A stretch of DNA of 64,000 nucleotides from Escherichia coli (GCF_003334305.1 NZ_QOWS01000001.1); one strand, 5' to 3'. Shown: positions 37,671 to 49,030, counted from the stretch's first letter. Notes: a model not told the origin generated them from the letters alone. Numbers and translations: made by a program.

Positions 37671-39107
37671 ATGAATCGTGATTCCTTTTATCCAGCCATC
37701 GCCTGTTTTCCGCTGTTACTGATGCTGGCCGGGTGTGCACCTATGCATGAAACCCGCCAGGCGTTAAGCCAGCAAACGCCTGCTGCACAAGTTGACACCG
37801 CATTACCCACGGCGCTGAAAAATGGTTGGCCAGACAGCCAATGGTGGCTGGAGTATCACGATAATCAACTCACTTCCTTAATTAACAATGCACTACAGAA
37901 CGCACCGGATATGCAGGTGGCTGAACAGCGCATTCAGCTAGCTGAAGCCCAGGCGAAGGCAATTGCTACTCAGGATGGTCCGCAGATCGACTTTTCTGCG
38001 GATATGGAGCGGCAAAAAATGTCGGCAGAAGGCTTAATGGGGCCGTTTGCTCTGAACGATCCGGCCGCAGGTACGACCGGTCCGTGGTACACCAACGGAA
38101 CTTTTGGCTTAACGGCGGGCTGGCATCTCGATATCTGGGGAAAGAATCGGGCGGAGGTTACTGCCCGCCTGGGTACGGTTAAAGCACGGGCGGCGGAACG
38201 CGAGCAAACCCGCCAATTGCTGGCTGGCAGCGTAGCCCGCCTGTACTGGGAGTGGCAAACCCAGGCGGCGTTAAACACGGTCTTGCAGCAAATAGAAAAA
38301 GAGCAGAACACCATTATCGCGACCGATCGCCAGCTATATCAGAACGGGATTACTTCTTCAGTTGAAGGTGTGGAAACCGATATTAATGCCAGCAAAACCC
38401 GGCAGCAGCTCAACGATGTCGCGGGGAAAATGAAAATTATTGAGGCACGGTTAAGCGCACTTACAAATAACCAGACAAAGTCATTGAAGCTTAAACCGGT
38501 CGCGTTGCCGAAAGTGGCAAGCCAGCTTCCTGATGAACTGGGGTACTCCTTACTGGCCCGGCGGGCAGATTTGCAGGCGGCGCACTGGTACGTTGAGTCA
38601 TCGCTAAGCACCATTGATGCGGCAAAAGCGGCATTTTATCCTGACATCAACCTGATGGCCTTCCTGCAACAGGATGCGTTGCACTTAAGCGATCTGTTCC
38701 GTCATTCCGCGCAGCAAATGGGCGTTACGGCAGGCCTGACGCTACCCATTTTCGATAGTGGTCGTCTTAACGCCAATCTCGATATCGCAAAAGCCGAAAG
38801 CAACTTGTCTATCGCCAGCTACAACAAAGCGGTGGTTGAAGCGGTGAATGACGTGGCGCGGGCAGCCAGTCAGGTTCAGACACTTGCGGAGAAAAACCAG
38901 CATCAGGCGCAAATTGAGCGCGATGCCTTGCGTGTGGTAGGTCTTGCGCAGGCGCGCTTTAACGCGGGCATCATTGCTGGTTCCCGCGTCAGCGAAGCCA
39001 GAATCCCCGCGCTGCGTGAGCGGGCCAATGGCCTGTTATTGCAAGGGCAGTGGCTGGATGCTTCCATTCAACTCACTGGTGCGTTGGGCGGGGGTTACAA
39101 ACGCTGA
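37671..39107 (+). CDS. mdtQ: Outer membrane efflux lipoprotein MdtQ (OMF family), 478 aa, apparently intact
   Basis: ORF 37581..39107; start set at ATG 37671 giving a lipoprotein signal (…LLMLAGCAPM). Confidence 0.85.
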   Translation: MNRDSFYPAIACFPLLLMLAGCAPMHETRQALSQQTPAAQVDTALPTALKNGWPDSQWWLEYHDNQLTSLINNALQNAPDMQVAEQRIQLAEAQAKAIATQDGPQIDFSADMERQKMSAEGLMGPFALNDPAAGTTGPWYTNGTFGLTAGWHLDIWGKNRAEVTARLGTVKARAAEREQTRQLLAGSVARLYWEWQTQAALNTVLQQIEKEQNTIIATDRQLYQNGITSSVEGVETDINASKTRQQLNDVAGKMKIIEARLSALTNNQTKSLKLKPVALPKVASQLPDELGYSLLARRADLQAAHWYVESSLSTIDAAKAAFYPDINLMAFLQQDALHLSDLFRHSAQQMGVTAGLTLPIFDSGRLNANLDIAKAESNLSIASYNKAVVEAVNDVARAASQVQTLAEKNQHQAQIERDALRVVGLAQARFNAGIIAGSRVSEARIPALRERANGLLLQGQWLDASIQLTGALGGGYKR

Positions 39108-39159
39108 TGATATGCGCCTTCTATACTTAACGTTTATTCAGCGTTAAGTGGAGAACTCG

Positions 39160-39921
39160 ATGGCACAGGTTGCGATTATTACCGCCTCCGATTCGGGGAT
39201 CGGCAAAGAGTGCGCGTTATTACTGGCGCAGCAGGGGTTTGATATTGGCATTACCTGGCACTCAGATGAAGAAGGGGCAAAAGATACCGCGCGTGAGGTA
39301 GTTAGCCACGGCGTACGTGCGGAGATCGTGCAGCTGGATCTCGGTAAACTGCCAGAAGGTGCGCAGGCGCTGGAGAAACTCATTCAACGGCTGGGGCGTA
39401 TTGATGTGCTGGTGAATAATGCGGGCGCAATGACCAAAGCGCCGTTTCTTGATATGGCTTTCGATGAGTGGCGCAAGATTTTTACCGTTGATGTCGATGG
39501 TGCATTTTTATGCTCACAAATTGCGGCCCGCCAGATGGTGAAACAAGGGCAGGGCGGTCGCATCATCAACATTACGTCGGTACATGAACATACGCCGCTG
39601 CCGGATGCCAGCGCCTACACAGCCGCTAAACATGCGCTCGGTGGGTTAACCAAAGCGATGGCGCTGGAGCTGGTCAGGCATAAGATTTTGGTGAACGCAG
39701 TCGCGCCTGGGGCGATCGCCACGCCAATGAATGGCATGGATGACAGCGACGTGAAGCCCGACGCGGAGCCTTCGATTCCTCTGCGGCGTTTTGGCGCAAC
39801 GCATGAGATTGCCAGCCTGGTAGCGTGGCTGTGCTCAGAGGGCGCAAATTACACCACCGGGCAGTCGTTGATAGTGGATGGCGGCTTTATGTTGGCGAAT
39901 CCGCAGTTCAACCCAGAATAG
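39160..39921 (+). CDS. yohF: Short-chain dehydrogenase/reductase YohF, 253 aa
   Basis: ORF begins at a GTG at 39148; ATG at 39160 (MAQVAIITASDSGIGKE) with an upstream GGAG; SDR glycine motif. Confidence 0.9.
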   Translation: MAQVAIITASDSGIGKECALLLAQQGFDIGITWHSDEEGAKDTAREVVSHGVRAEIVQLDLGKLPEGAQALEKLIQRLGRIDVLVNNAGAMTKAPFLDMAFDEWRKIFTVDVDGAFLCSQIAARQMVKQGQGGRIINITSVHEHTPLPDASAYTAAKHALGGLTKAMALELVRHKILVNAVAPGAIATPMNGMDDSDVKPDAEPSIPLRRFGATHEIASLVAWLCSEGANYTTGQSLIVDGGFMLANPQFNPE

Positions 39922-39960
39922 CGCAGTGAGGTGCGTGGTTATTTCAATGGGTAAAATTTT

Positions 39961-40040
39961 GGTAGGCATGATAAGACGCACAAGCGTCGCATCAGGCATG
40001 GTGCACCGGATGTCGGATGCGGCGCGAACGCCTTACCCAG
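39961..40040. repeat. REP/BIME cluster between convergent yohF and yohD
   Basis: AGGCATGATAAGACGCACAAGCGTCGCATCAGGCATG and GCACCGGATGTCGGATGCGGCGCGAACGCCTTACCC, classic REP-type sequences. Confidence 0.6.
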
Positions 40041-40050
40041 GGCAATGGTT

Positions 40051-40629
40051 TTACGCCTGATGATCCGGCTTTTTCTTCCCGCGCCGTTTCAGCCACCAGC
40101 GCACGCCCACCACCAGAACCACGACCAGAATCAACCAGACCCAGTGCTTCAAATGCTGGTCGAGATTGTGCAACCACGGCGCAATCACCTGACCACCAGC
40201 GTAACCAATAGTGGTAAAAATCAACGCCCAGGCAAATGCGCCGAGAATATTCAGCGGCAGAAAGATTTTCGGCGGCAGCTGGCTGGCACCAATCAGCGTC
40301 GGGCCAATCACCCGAAAGCCATACATAAAGCGCGTACCAATGACAAACAGATACGGATGGCGTTGGATAAGTTTCTGCGCCCGCTCAATTTTATCCTGAT
40401 GTTTCGAGAAACGGCGTAACAGCTTGCCGCCAAACCGCCGCCCGCACAGATAAAGCACCTGGTCGCCAATCATGCCGCCAAGCGCCACAGAAAGTACCAC
40501 CAGCGGGAACTTTAATAGCCCCTGATGTGCCGCAACGCCTCCCAGCAAAGTCACGGTTTCACCTTCCGCCAGGCTACCGATCACCAGCGCGGCATAACCA
40601 TATTGTGAGATGAGTGTATTGAGATCCAT
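40051..40629 (-). CDS. yohD: DedA-family inner membrane protein YohD, 192 aa
   Basis: ORF 40051..40665; start set at 40629 (MDLNTLISQYGYAALVIGSL). Confidence 0.88.
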   Translation of the reverse strand: MDLNTLISQYGYAALVIGSLAEGETVTLLGGVAAHQGLLKFPLVVLSVALGGMIGDQVLYLCGRRFGGKLLRRFSKHQDKIERAQKLIQRHPYLFVIGTRFMYGFRVIGPTLIGASQLPPKIFLPLNILGAFAWALIFTTIGYAGGQVIAPWLHNLDQHLKHWVWLILVVVLVVGVRWWLKRRGKKKPDHQA

Positions 40630-40798
40630 AGGCCAGTCTGTCTCCCTTTGGTTGCCTGTAAGCATACACCCTGGAAATCATTCACGCTGAAAAAGGACAT
40701 ACATCAGACGGTGCAAATTACATGGATGAACAAAAAATAATCACAAGCTGACTTATACTTGAACTGTCAGGTTCATGAACTCACAACAAGGGGGCGGT

Positions 40799-41386
40799 AT
40801 GAGCCATGTCTGGGGACTGTTTTCCCATCCCGATCGTGAAATGCAGGTGATTAATCGCGAAAACGAAACGATTTCTCACCATTACACCCACCACGTTTTG
40901 CTGATGGCGGCGATTCCGGTGATTTGCGCCTTCATTGGCACTACACAGATTGGCTGGAATTTTGGCGATGGCACTATCCTGAAGTTATCCTGGTTTACCG
41001 GACTGGCGCTGGCTGTCCTGTTTTATGGCGTTATGCTGGCTGGGGTTGCGGTAATGGGGCGGGTCATCTGGTGGATGGCGCGTAATTATCCGCAGCGTCC
41101 GTCACTTGCGCACTGCATGGTCTTCGCGGGCTACGTTGCAACTCCGCTGTTTTTAAGCGGTCTGGTGGCGCTTTATCCGCTGGTCTGGTTGTGTGCGCTG
41201 GTCGGCACGGTGGCGCTGTTTTACACCGGCTACCTGCTTTACCTTGGTATTCCGAGCTTCCTGAATATCAACAAAGAGGAAGGCCTTAGCTTCTCTAGTT
41301 CGACGCTGGCGATTGGCGTGCTGGTACTGGAAGTGCTGCTCGCCCTAACCGTTATACTATGGGGCTACGGTTATCGTTTGTTCTAG
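40799..41386 (+). CDS. yohC: Yip1-family inner membrane protein YohC, 195 aa
   Basis: ORF 40775..41386; ATG at 40799 preceded by AAGGGGG (MSHVWGLFSHPDRE). Confidence 0.88.
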   Translation: MSHVWGLFSHPDREMQVINRENETISHHYTHHVLLMAAIPVICAFIGTTQIGWNFGDGTILKLSWFTGLALAVLFYGVMLAGVAVMGRVIWWMARNYPQRPSLAHCMVFAGYVATPLFLSGLVALYPLVWLCALVGTVALFYTGYLLYLGIPSFLNINKEEGLSFSSSTLAIGVLVLEVLLALTVILWGYGYRLF

Positions 41387-41559
41387 AAAGTTCTTTGACG
41401 TTGCATTGCTGGCGTAAATGTCAGCAATGCAGCATTTCCTCACGATTCTCCTTTGACGATCGCACTTTTTGCTCGTTATGATGGCGTCGCTAGCCTCAGT
41501 AAATCCTTACTCCGGCGGTGCGCAACCCGTGCGCGTGAACCACTATCTGAATGCTCATC

Positions 41560-42492
41560 ATGCCGAAATTTCGAGTTTCTTTATTTAGCCTGGCCCTGAT
41601 GCTGGCTGTGCCTTTGGCACCGCAGGCCGTTGCGAAAACGGCAGCCGCTACCACCGCTTCACAACCGGAAATTGCCTCCGGTAGCGCGATGATTGTTGAT
41701 CTGAATACCAACAAAGTGATCTATTCGAACCACCCGGATCTGGTGCGTCCGATTGCGTCTATCAGCAAATTAATGACCGCGATGGTTGTGCTGGATGCAC
41801 GACTGCCGCTGGATGAAAAACTAAAAGTGGATATCAGCCAGACGCCGGAGATGAAAGGGGTCTATTCGCGCGTACGACTGAATAGCGAAATCAGCCGTAA
41901 AGATATGCTGTTGCTGGCGCTGATGTCTTCAGAAAACCGCGCGGCGGCAAGCCTTGCACACCATTATCCCGGTGGTTACAAAGCCTTTATTAAGGCAATG
42001 AATGCGAAAGCGAAATCGCTCGGAATGAACAACACGCGCTTTGTTGAACCTACCGGATTGTCGGTGCATAACGTTTCAACTGCCCGTGACTTAACCAAAC
42101 TGCTCATTGCCAGCAAACAATATCCGTTGATCGGGCAGTTAAGTACTACCCGGGAAGATATGGCAACCTTCTCTAACCCGACGTATACGCTGCCGTTCCG
42201 CAATACTAATCATCTGGTGTATCGCGATAACTGGAATATTCAGTTAACCAAAACCGGCTTTACCAATGCGGCGGGCCATTGTCTGGTGATGCGTACGGTT
42301 ATCAATAATAAACCGGTGGCGCTGGTAGTGATGGACGCGTTTGGCAAATATACCCATTTTGCCGATGCCAGCCGCCTGCGTACCTGGATTGAAACCGGTA
42401 AAGTGATGCCTGTGCCGGCAGCAGCGTTGAGCTATAAAAAACAAAAAGCCGCCCAAATGGCGGCGGCGGGGCAGACGGCACAGAACGATTAA
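41560..42492 (+). CDS. pbpG: D-alanyl-D-alanine endopeptidase PBP7 (PbpG), 310 aa
   Basis: ORF 41551..42492; start at 41560 ([25 protein letters not shown] signal peptide); SxxK motif ASISKLMT. Confidence 0.9.
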   Translation: MPKFRVSLFSLALMLAVPLAPQAVAKTAAATTASQPEIASGSAMIVDLNTNKVIYSNHPDLVRPIASISKLMTAMVVLDARLPLDEKLKVDISQTPEMKGVYSRVRLNSEISRKDMLLLALMSSENRAAASLAHHYPGGYKAFIKAMNAKAKSLGMNNTRFVEPTGLSVHNVSTARDLTKLLIASKQYPLIGQLSTTREDMATFSNPTYTLPFRNTNHLVYRDNWNIQLTKTGFTNAAGHCLVMRTVINNKPVALVVMDAFGKYTHFADASRLRTWIETGKVMPVPAAALSYKKQKAAQMAAAGQTAQND

Positions 42493-42529
42493 GTGAATTC
42501 GGATGGCGATACTCTGCCATCCGTAATTT

Positions 42530-44245
42530 TTACTCCACTTCCTGCCAGTTTTTCCGTTTACTGGTTTTACCGATCCCCGGATTCATGCTGTTGGTCGGAT
42601 CGTTCTCGCGATAGAACTTCTGCAACGTCTCCGGTGCTTTATACAAATGACCGACGTTATGCTCGGCAGGGTATTGCGCGCCGCGCTGCTGTAGCAGTTC
42701 CAGCATCTGTTCTTTTAACGCATGCACATCCACGCCTTTTTTCACTATGTAATCCTGATGGAAGACATAGCACATAAAATGGCCGTAATAGAGCTTGTGC
42801 ACCAGCTGGCTGTCGATCTCCGGCGGTAAATGCTCATACCACTCGGTGTCGTTACGCCGCAGAGCGATATCCAACGCCAGAATGTCTTCGACTTCATCGG
42901 AATGCACCGCCTGATAACGAATTGCTGCGCCCGCAGCGGCGAAACGGTGTAAAAACGCTTTGCTGCCTTCCTCCGGCGTACAGACAAAGAAATCGCCTTC
43001 GGCCTGTTTGAAATAATCCACCAACCACGATTTGGCTTCGCCCACGCCATCGCCCGCCATTTTTAACAGCAGATGATGCTCGTATTTATCGCGCCAGTTT
43101 TTCATGCGCGGCGGTAAATGGCTGGGGAACAGGTGACCGAATTTTTGCATCGCACGGTCAGTAAAATGCGGACGGAAGAATTTCACTTTCTCCAGCATCG
43201 CATCGGTGCGTCCCTTGAGATTAAAGAAGAACGGCATCTTGTCGGTGCCTAACTTATCAATCATCAGGAAGGTGTCTTTGCCGTATTTTTCCGCAATATC
43301 GTAGATATCCCGGTGCATATATTCCCCGGCAACCGGCAGATTTTCGAAGTTAGCCAGAATATGACGGCGGATTTCGGTCAGCACTTCCGGCTGGTTGGTG
43401 CCGATATAAAACACCTGCTGATTTTTTTCCGCTTCGAAGGTATCTAGACGTACCGCAAAGACGGCCAGCTTCCCGGCGCAACCAGAAGATTCAAATAACC
43501 GATCCGGATCGGCGTTATAACGTGCGGGCGTGTCGGCTTCAATATCACGAACGCGGTGGACATAGTCATAATCGTGGGCGTGACGACCATCGTGACGCAC
43601 ATCGTCATCTTTGATGCGATCATCATCCAGCTTGCTAAGGATCTGCTCCGGCGTTTCGCCCAGATCAATCCCCAGATGGTTCACCAGCGTCAGTTTGCCG
43701 TCTTCATTTATACGCGCGAATAACGACATTTCGGTATACGCCGGGCCACGTTGCACCAGCGAGCCGCCGGAGTTGTTACAAATACCGCCGATAACCGATG
43801 CGCCTATACACGACGATCCAATCACCGAGTGCGGTTCGCGTCCCAGCGGTTTGAGGGCTTTTTCCAGCGAATAGAGCGTGGTGCCCGGATAGGCCAGCAC
43901 CTGTTCGCCCTTGCCAAGAACGTGCAGCTTGTCGAGACGCAGGGTGCTGATGATCACGATATCGCGATCATAGTCGTTACCGTTTGGCGTCGATCCTTCG
44001 GTCAGGCCTGTATTGGCAGCCTGCATCAGAATAATTTTGTCGGCGGTGACACAGGCTTTCAGCACCCGCCACAATTCCAGTAGTGAGCCAGGGAAAACGA
44101 CAGCCAGCGCGTCGCCCTGACCAGAACGGAAGCCCTTGCGATAGCGGGCCGTTTTTGCGGGATCGGTGAGCAGGTGTGAATGACCGACCAGACGGGCAAG
44201 TTCATTCAAAAAGGCTTTATTATCAGTTGTTGTCATGGAAGACAT
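42530..44245 (-). CDS. dld: FAD-dependent D-lactate dehydrogenase Dld, 571 aa
   Basis: ORF 42530..44278; start at 44245 (MSSMTTTDNKAFLNEL) with an upstream GGAG. Confidence 0.93.
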   Translation of the reverse strand: MSSMTTTDNKAFLNELARLVGHSHLLTDPAKTARYRKGFRSGQGDALAVVFPGSLLELWRVLKACVTADKIILMQAANTGLTEGSTPNGNDYDRDIVIISTLRLDKLHVLGKGEQVLAYPGTTLYSLEKALKPLGREPHSVIGSSCIGASVIGGICNNSGGSLVQRGPAYTEMSLFARINEDGKLTLVNHLGIDLGETPEQILSKLDDDRIKDDDVRHDGRHAHDYDYVHRVRDIEADTPARYNADPDRLFESSGCAGKLAVFAVRLDTFEAEKNQQVFYIGTNQPEVLTEIRRHILANFENLPVAGEYMHRDIYDIAEKYGKDTFLMIDKLGTDKMPFFFNLKGRTDAMLEKVKFFRPHFTDRAMQKFGHLFPSHLPPRMKNWRDKYEHHLLLKMAGDGVGEAKSWLVDYFKQAEGDFFVCTPEEGSKAFLHRFAAAGAAIRYQAVHSDEVEDILALDIALRRNDTEWYEHLPPEIDSQLVHKLYYGHFMCYVFHQDYIVKKGVDVHALKEQMLELLQQRGAQYPAEHNVGHLYKAPETLQKFYRENDPTNSMNPGIGKTSKRKNWQEVE

Positions 44246-44440
44246 TTTCCACTCCTTGTGGTGGCGAAAAAATATCACAAACTAGAATAGCGCCTTGTAT
44301 GACAATTCAGCGAGTGAATATTTTGAAAATTCAGACAATAAACTGAGCATTCTTTTTCTCTCTCCATCATGCTTATGGCAAACTACGGTTTTTGCACCAT
44401 TTTCGCTGCCTCGTCGGGCAACAGAGGAAGAAAAATCCAT

Positions 44441-46738
44441 ATGAAATGGCTATGTTCAGTAGGAATCGCGGTGAGTCTGGCCCTGCAGCCAGCACTGGCG
44501 GATGATTTATTCGGCAACCATCCATTAACGCCCGAAGCGCGGGATGCGTTCGTCACCGAACTGCTTAAGAAAATGACAGTTGATGAGAAAATTGGTCAGC
44601 TGCGCTTAATCAGCGTCGGCCCGGATAACCCGAAAGAGGCGATCCGCGAGATGATCAAAGACGGTCAGGTTGGGGCGATTTTCAACACCGTAACCCGTCA
44701 GGATATCCGCGCCATGCAGGATCAGGTGATGGAATTAAGCCGCCTGAAAATTCCTCTTTTCTTTGCTTACGACGTGCTGCACGGTCAGCGCACGGTGTTC
44801 CCGATTAGCCTCGGTCTGGCCTCGTCTTTTAACCTCGATGCAGTGAAAACGGTCGGACGTGTCTCTGCTTATGAAGCGGCAGATGATGGCCTGAATATGA
44901 CCTGGGCACCGATGGTCGATGTCTCGCGCGATCCGCGCTGGGGACGTGCTTCCGAAGGTTTTGGCGAAGATACGTATCTCACCTCAACAATGGGTAAAAC
45001 CATGGTGGAAGCGATGCAGGGTAAAAGCCCGGCAGATCGCTACTCGGTGATGACCAGCGTCAAACACTTTGCCGCATACGGCGCGGTAGAAGGCGGTAAA
45101 GAGTACAACACCGTCGATATGAGTCCGCAGCGCCTGTTTAATGATTATATGCCGCCGTACAAAGCGGGGCTGGACGCAGGCAGCGGCGCGGTGATGGTGG
45201 CGCTGAACTCGCTGAACGGCACGCCAGCCACCTCCGATTCCTGGCTGCTGAAAGATGTTCTGCGCGACCAGTGGGGCTTTAAAGGCATCACCGTTTCCGA
45301 TCACGGTGCAATCAAAGAGCTGATTAAACATGGCACGGCGGCAGACCCGGAAGATGCGGTGCGCGTGGCGCTGAAATCCGGAATCAACATGAGTATGAGC
45401 GACGAGTATTACTCGAAGTATCTGCCTGGGTTGATCAAATCCGGCAAAGTGACGATGGAAGAGCTGGACGATGCTGCCCGCCATGTACTGAACGTTAAAT
45501 ATGATATGGGATTGTTTAACGACCCATACAGCCATTTGGGGCCGAAAGAGTCTGACCCGGTGGATACCAATGCCGAAAGCCGCCTGCACCGTAAAGAAGC
45601 GCGTGAAGTGGCGCGCGAAAGCCTGGTGTTGCTGAAAAACCGTCTCGAAACGTTACCGCTGAAAAAATCGGCCACCATTGCGGTGGTTGGGCCACTGGCG
45701 GACAGTAAACGTGACGTGATGGGCAGCTGGTCCGCAGCCGGTGTTGCCGATCAATCCGTGACCGTACTGACCGGGATTAAAAATTCCGTCGGTGAAAACG
45801 GTAAAGTGCTGTATGCCAAAGGGGCGAACGTTACCAGTGACAAAGGCATTATCGATTTCCTGAATCAGTATGAAGAAGCGGTCAAAGTCGATCCGCGTTC
45901 GCCGCAAGAGATGATTGATGAAGCGGTGCAGACGGCGAAACAATCTGATGTGGTGGTGGCTGTAGTCGGTGAAGCACAGGGGATGGCGCACGAAGCCTCC
46001 AGCCGGACCGATATCACTATTCCGCAAAGCCAACGTGACTTGATTGCGGCGCTGAAAGCCACCGGTAAACCGCTGGTGCTGGTGCTGATGAACGGGCGTC
46101 CGCTGGCGCTGGTGAAAGAAGATCAGCAGGCTGATGCGATTCTGGAAACCTGGTTTGCGGGGACTGAAGGCGGTAATGCAATTGCCGATGTATTGTTTGG
46201 CGATTACAACCCGTCCGGCAAGCTGCCAATGTCCTTCCCGCGTTCTGTCGGGCAGATCCCGGTGTACTACAGCCATCTGAATACCGGTCGCCCGTATAAT
46301 GCCGACAAGCCGAACAAATACACTTCGCGTTATTTTGATGAAGCTAACGGGGCGTTGTATCCGTTCGGCTATGGGCTGAGCTACACCACTTTCACCGTCT
46401 CTGATGTGAAACTTTCTGCGCCGACCATGAAGCGTGACGGCAAAGTGACTGCCAGCGTGCAGGTGACGAACACCGGTAAGCGCGAGGGGGCCACGGTAGT
46501 GCAGATGTACTTGCAGGATGTGACGGCTTCCATGAGTCGCCCTGTGAAACAGCTGAAAGGCTTTGAGAAAATCACCCTGAAACCGGGCGAAACTCAGACT
46601 GTCAGCTTCCCGATCGATATTGAGGCGCTGAAGTTCTGGAATCAACAGATGAAATATGACGCCGAGCCTGGCAAGTTCAATGTATTTATCGGCACTGATT
46701 CCGCACGCGTTAAGAAAGGCGAGTTTGAGTTGCTGTAA
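44441..46738 (+). CDS. bglX: Periplasmic beta-glucosidase BglX (GH3), 765 aa
   Basis: ORF 44369..46738; start at 44441 (MKWLCSVGIAVSLALQPALA signal peptide) with upstream GAGGAAG. Confidence 0.93.
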   Translation: MKWLCSVGIAVSLALQPALADDLFGNHPLTPEARDAFVTELLKKMTVDEKIGQLRLISVGPDNPKEAIREMIKDGQVGAIFNTVTRQDIRAMQDQVMELSRLKIPLFFAYDVLHGQRTVFPISLGLASSFNLDAVKTVGRVSAYEAADDGLNMTWAPMVDVSRDPRWGRASEGFGEDTYLTSTMGKTMVEAMQGKSPADRYSVMTSVKHFAAYGAVEGGKEYNTVDMSPQRLFNDYMPPYKAGLDAGSGAVMVALNSLNGTPATSDSWLLKDVLRDQWGFKGITVSDHGAIKELIKHGTAADPEDAVRVALKSGINMSMSDEYYSKYLPGLIKSGKVTMEELDDAARHVLNVKYDMGLFNDPYSHLGPKESDPVDTNAESRLHRKEAREVARESLVLLKNRLETLPLKKSATIAVVGPLADSKRDVMGSWSAAGVADQSVTVLTGIKNSVGENGKVLYAKGANVTSDKGIIDFLNQYEEAVKVDPRSPQEMIDEAVQTAKQSDVVVAVVGEAQGMAHEASSRTDITIPQSQRDLIAALKATGKPLVLVLMNGRPLALVKEDQQADAILETWFAGTEGGNAIADVLFGDYNPSGKLPMSFPRSVGQIPVYYSHLNTGRPYNADKPNKYTSRYFDEANGALYPFGYGLSYTTFTVSDVKLSAPTMKRDGKVTASVQVTNTGKREGATVVQMYLQDVTASMSRPVKQLKGFEKITLKPGETQTVSFPIDIEALKFWNQQMKYDAEPGKFNVFIGTDSARVKKGEFELL

Positions 46739-46771
46739 TGCTTTAGTAAGGGCGCGACGTTTGCGCCCTTT

Positions 46772-46825
46772 GTAGGCCGGATAAGGCGCTCGCGCCGCAT
46801 CCGGCAGGAAACGCCGGACCGAATA
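46772..46825. repeat. REP element(s) between bglX and osmF
   Basis: GTAGGCCGGATAAGGCGCTCGCGCCGCATCCGGCAGG plus an adjacent AACGCCGGACC unit; a GC hairpin at 46749-46770 precedes it. Confidence 0.55.
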
Positions 46826-46948
46826 TGCCTCTTAAGTATTTATCTGATTCTGCAACTGAATCCTTCCGCTCAAGCTAACCCCGCCATTATCAACTATGCT
46901 TTTCTCTTAATTCGCTGAAAACAACAGTAAAAGAATGAGGAAAGCATC

Positions 46949-47866
46949 ATGCCACTCTTAAAGCTCTGGGCAGGTTCACTGGTTATGTTGGCAGCCGTGA
47001 GCCTGCCGCTACAGGCGGCTTCCCCCGTTAAAGTCGGTTCAAAAATCGATACCGAAGGTGCGCTACTCGGCAATATCATTTTGCAGGTGCTGGAAAGCCA
47101 CGGCGTACCGACGGTGAATAAAGTGCAACTCGGAACGACTCCTGTGGTGCGCGGGGCGATTACTTCCGGTGAACTGGATATCTATCCGGAATATACCGGC
47201 AATGGCGCTTTCTTCTTTAAAGATGAAAACGATGCAGCGTGGAAAAACGCGCAGCAAGGTTACGAGAAAGTCAAAAAGCTCGATTCGGAGCACAACAAGT
47301 TAATCTGGCTGACGCCCGCGCCTGCAAATAACACCTGGACTATCGCCGTGCGTCAGGATGTGGCAGAGAAAAATAAACTCACTTCGCTTGCCGACCTGAG
47401 TCGTTATCTGCAAGAGGGCGGCACCTTCAAACTGGCAGCCTCGGCAGAGTTTATCGAACGCGCCGATGCGTTACCCGCGTTTGAAAAAGCCTATGGCTTT
47501 AAGCTCGGTCAGGATCAGTTGCTGTCACTGGCTGGTGGCGACACGGCGGTGACGATCAAAGCCGCTGCCCAGCAAACCTCTGGCGTTAATGCTGCAATGG
47601 CTTACGGCACTGACGGCCCGGTAGCGGCGCTGGGGCTGCAAACCTTAAGCGATCCGCAAGGCGTGCAACCTATCTATGCGCCTGCACCAGTGGTGCGTGA
47701 ATCGGTGTTGAAGGAGTATCCGCAAATGGCACAGTGGCTACAGCCAGTCTTCGCCAGCCTCGATGCAAAAACATTGCAGCAACTGAATGCCAGCATTGCA
47801 GTTGAAGGACTGGATGCCAAAAAAGTGGCTGCCGACTACCTGAAACAAAAAGGGTGGACGAAGTAA
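46949..47866 (+). CDS. osmF: Glycine betaine-binding periplasmic protein OsmF (YehZ), 305 aa
   Basis: Signal peptide and substrate-binding protein; first gene of the yehZYXW ABC operon. Confidence 0.9.
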   Translation: MPLLKLWAGSLVMLAAVSLPLQAASPVKVGSKIDTEGALLGNIILQVLESHGVPTVNKVQLGTTPVVRGAITSGELDIYPEYTGNGAFFFKDENDAAWKNAQQGYEKVKKLDSEHNKLIWLTPAPANNTWTIAVRQDVAEKNKLTSLADLSRYLQEGGTFKLAASAEFIERADALPAFEKAYGFKLGQDQLLSLAGGDTAVTIKAAAQQTSGVNAAMAYGTDGPVAALGLQTLSDPQGVQPIYAPAPVVRESVLKEYPQMAQWLQPVFASLDAKTLQQLNASIAVEGLDAKKVAADYLKQKGWTK

Positions 47867-47872
47867 TTTCCC

Positions 47873-49030
47873 GTGACTTATCTACGTATTAATCCTGTTC
47901 TGGCGCTGCTGCTGTTGCTGACGGTAATCGCAGCGGCGCTGCCGTTTATCAGTTACGCGCCTAATCGTTTAGTTTCGGGTGAGGGGCGTCATCTCTGGCA
48001 GCTGTGGCCGCAAACGATCTGGATGCTGGTGGGCGTTGGTTGCGCCTGGCTGACGGCCTGTTTTATTCCCGGTAAAAAAGGCAGCATTTGTGCACTCATT
48101 CTGGCGCAATTCGTCTTCGTATTGCTGGTGTGGGGCGCGGGAAAGGCGGCGACACAACTGGCGCAAAATGGCAGTGCGCTGGCGCGTACCAGCCTCGGCA
48201 GTGGTTTCTGGCTGGCTGCGGCGCTGGCATTGCTGGCCTGTAGCGATGCCATCCGCCGAATCTCCACGCATCCGCTGTGGCGCTGGTTGTTGCATATGCA
48301 GATTGCCATTATTCCGCTGTGGTTGCTGTACTCCGGCACGCTTAACGATCTCTCACTAATGAAAGAATACGCCAACCGTCAGGATGTGTTTGACGACGCG
48401 CTGGCACAACATCTGACGTTGCTGTTTGGTGCGGTGCTGCCTGCGTTAGTGATTGGTGTGCCGTTGGGCATCTGGTGCTACTTTTCCACTGCTCGGCAGG
48501 GGGCAATTTTTTCTCTGCTCAATGTCATTCAGACCGTGCCTTCGGTGGCGCTCTTTGGCCTGTTGATTGCGCCGCTTGCCGCGCTGGTGACGGCCTTTCC
48601 GTGGCTGGGGAAGCTCGGCATAGCAGGAACCGGAATGACACCCGCACTGATTGCGCTGGTGCTCTATGCCTTGCTGCCGCTGGTGCGCGGCGTGGTAGTC
48701 GGTTTGAACCAGATCCCGCGCGATGTGCTGGAGAGCGCTAGAGCGATGGGCATGAGCGGGGCGCAGCGATTCCTGCATGTTCAGTTACCACTGGCGTTAC
48801 CGGTATTTCTGCGCAGCCTGCGGGTGGTGATGGTGCAAACTGTAGGTATGGCGGTGATTGCGGCGTTAATCGGCGCAGGCGGTTTTGGTGCGCTGGTTTT
48901 CCAGGGGCTGCTAAGCAGCGCCATTGATTTAGTGTTGCTGGGGGTGATCCCGGTAATTGTTCTGGCGGTGCTGATCGATGCCCTGTTCGATTTGCTTATC
49001 GCACTGCTGAAGGTGAAACGTAATGATTGA
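47873..49030 (+). CDS. yehY: ABC transporter permease YehY, 385 aa
   Basis: GTG start 7 nt after the osmF stop; polytopic permease with an EAA-like loop. Confidence 0.9.
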   Translation: MTYLRINPVLALLLLLTVIAAALPFISYAPNRLVSGEGRHLWQLWPQTIWMLVGVGCAWLTACFIPGKKGSICALILAQFVFVLLVWGAGKAATQLAQNGSALARTSLGSGFWLAAALALLACSDAIRRISTHPLWRWLLHMQIAIIPLWLLYSGTLNDLSLMKEYANRQDVFDDALAQHLTLLFGAVLPALVIGVPLGIWCYFSTARQGAIFSLLNVIQTVPSVALFGLLIAPLAALVTAFPWLGKLGIAGTGMTPALIALVLYALLPLVRGVVVGLNQIPRDVLESARAMGMSGAQRFLHVQLPLALPVFLRSLRVVMVQTVGMAVIAALIGAGGFGALVFQGLLSSAIDLVLLGVIPVIVLAVLIDALFDLLIALLKVKRND

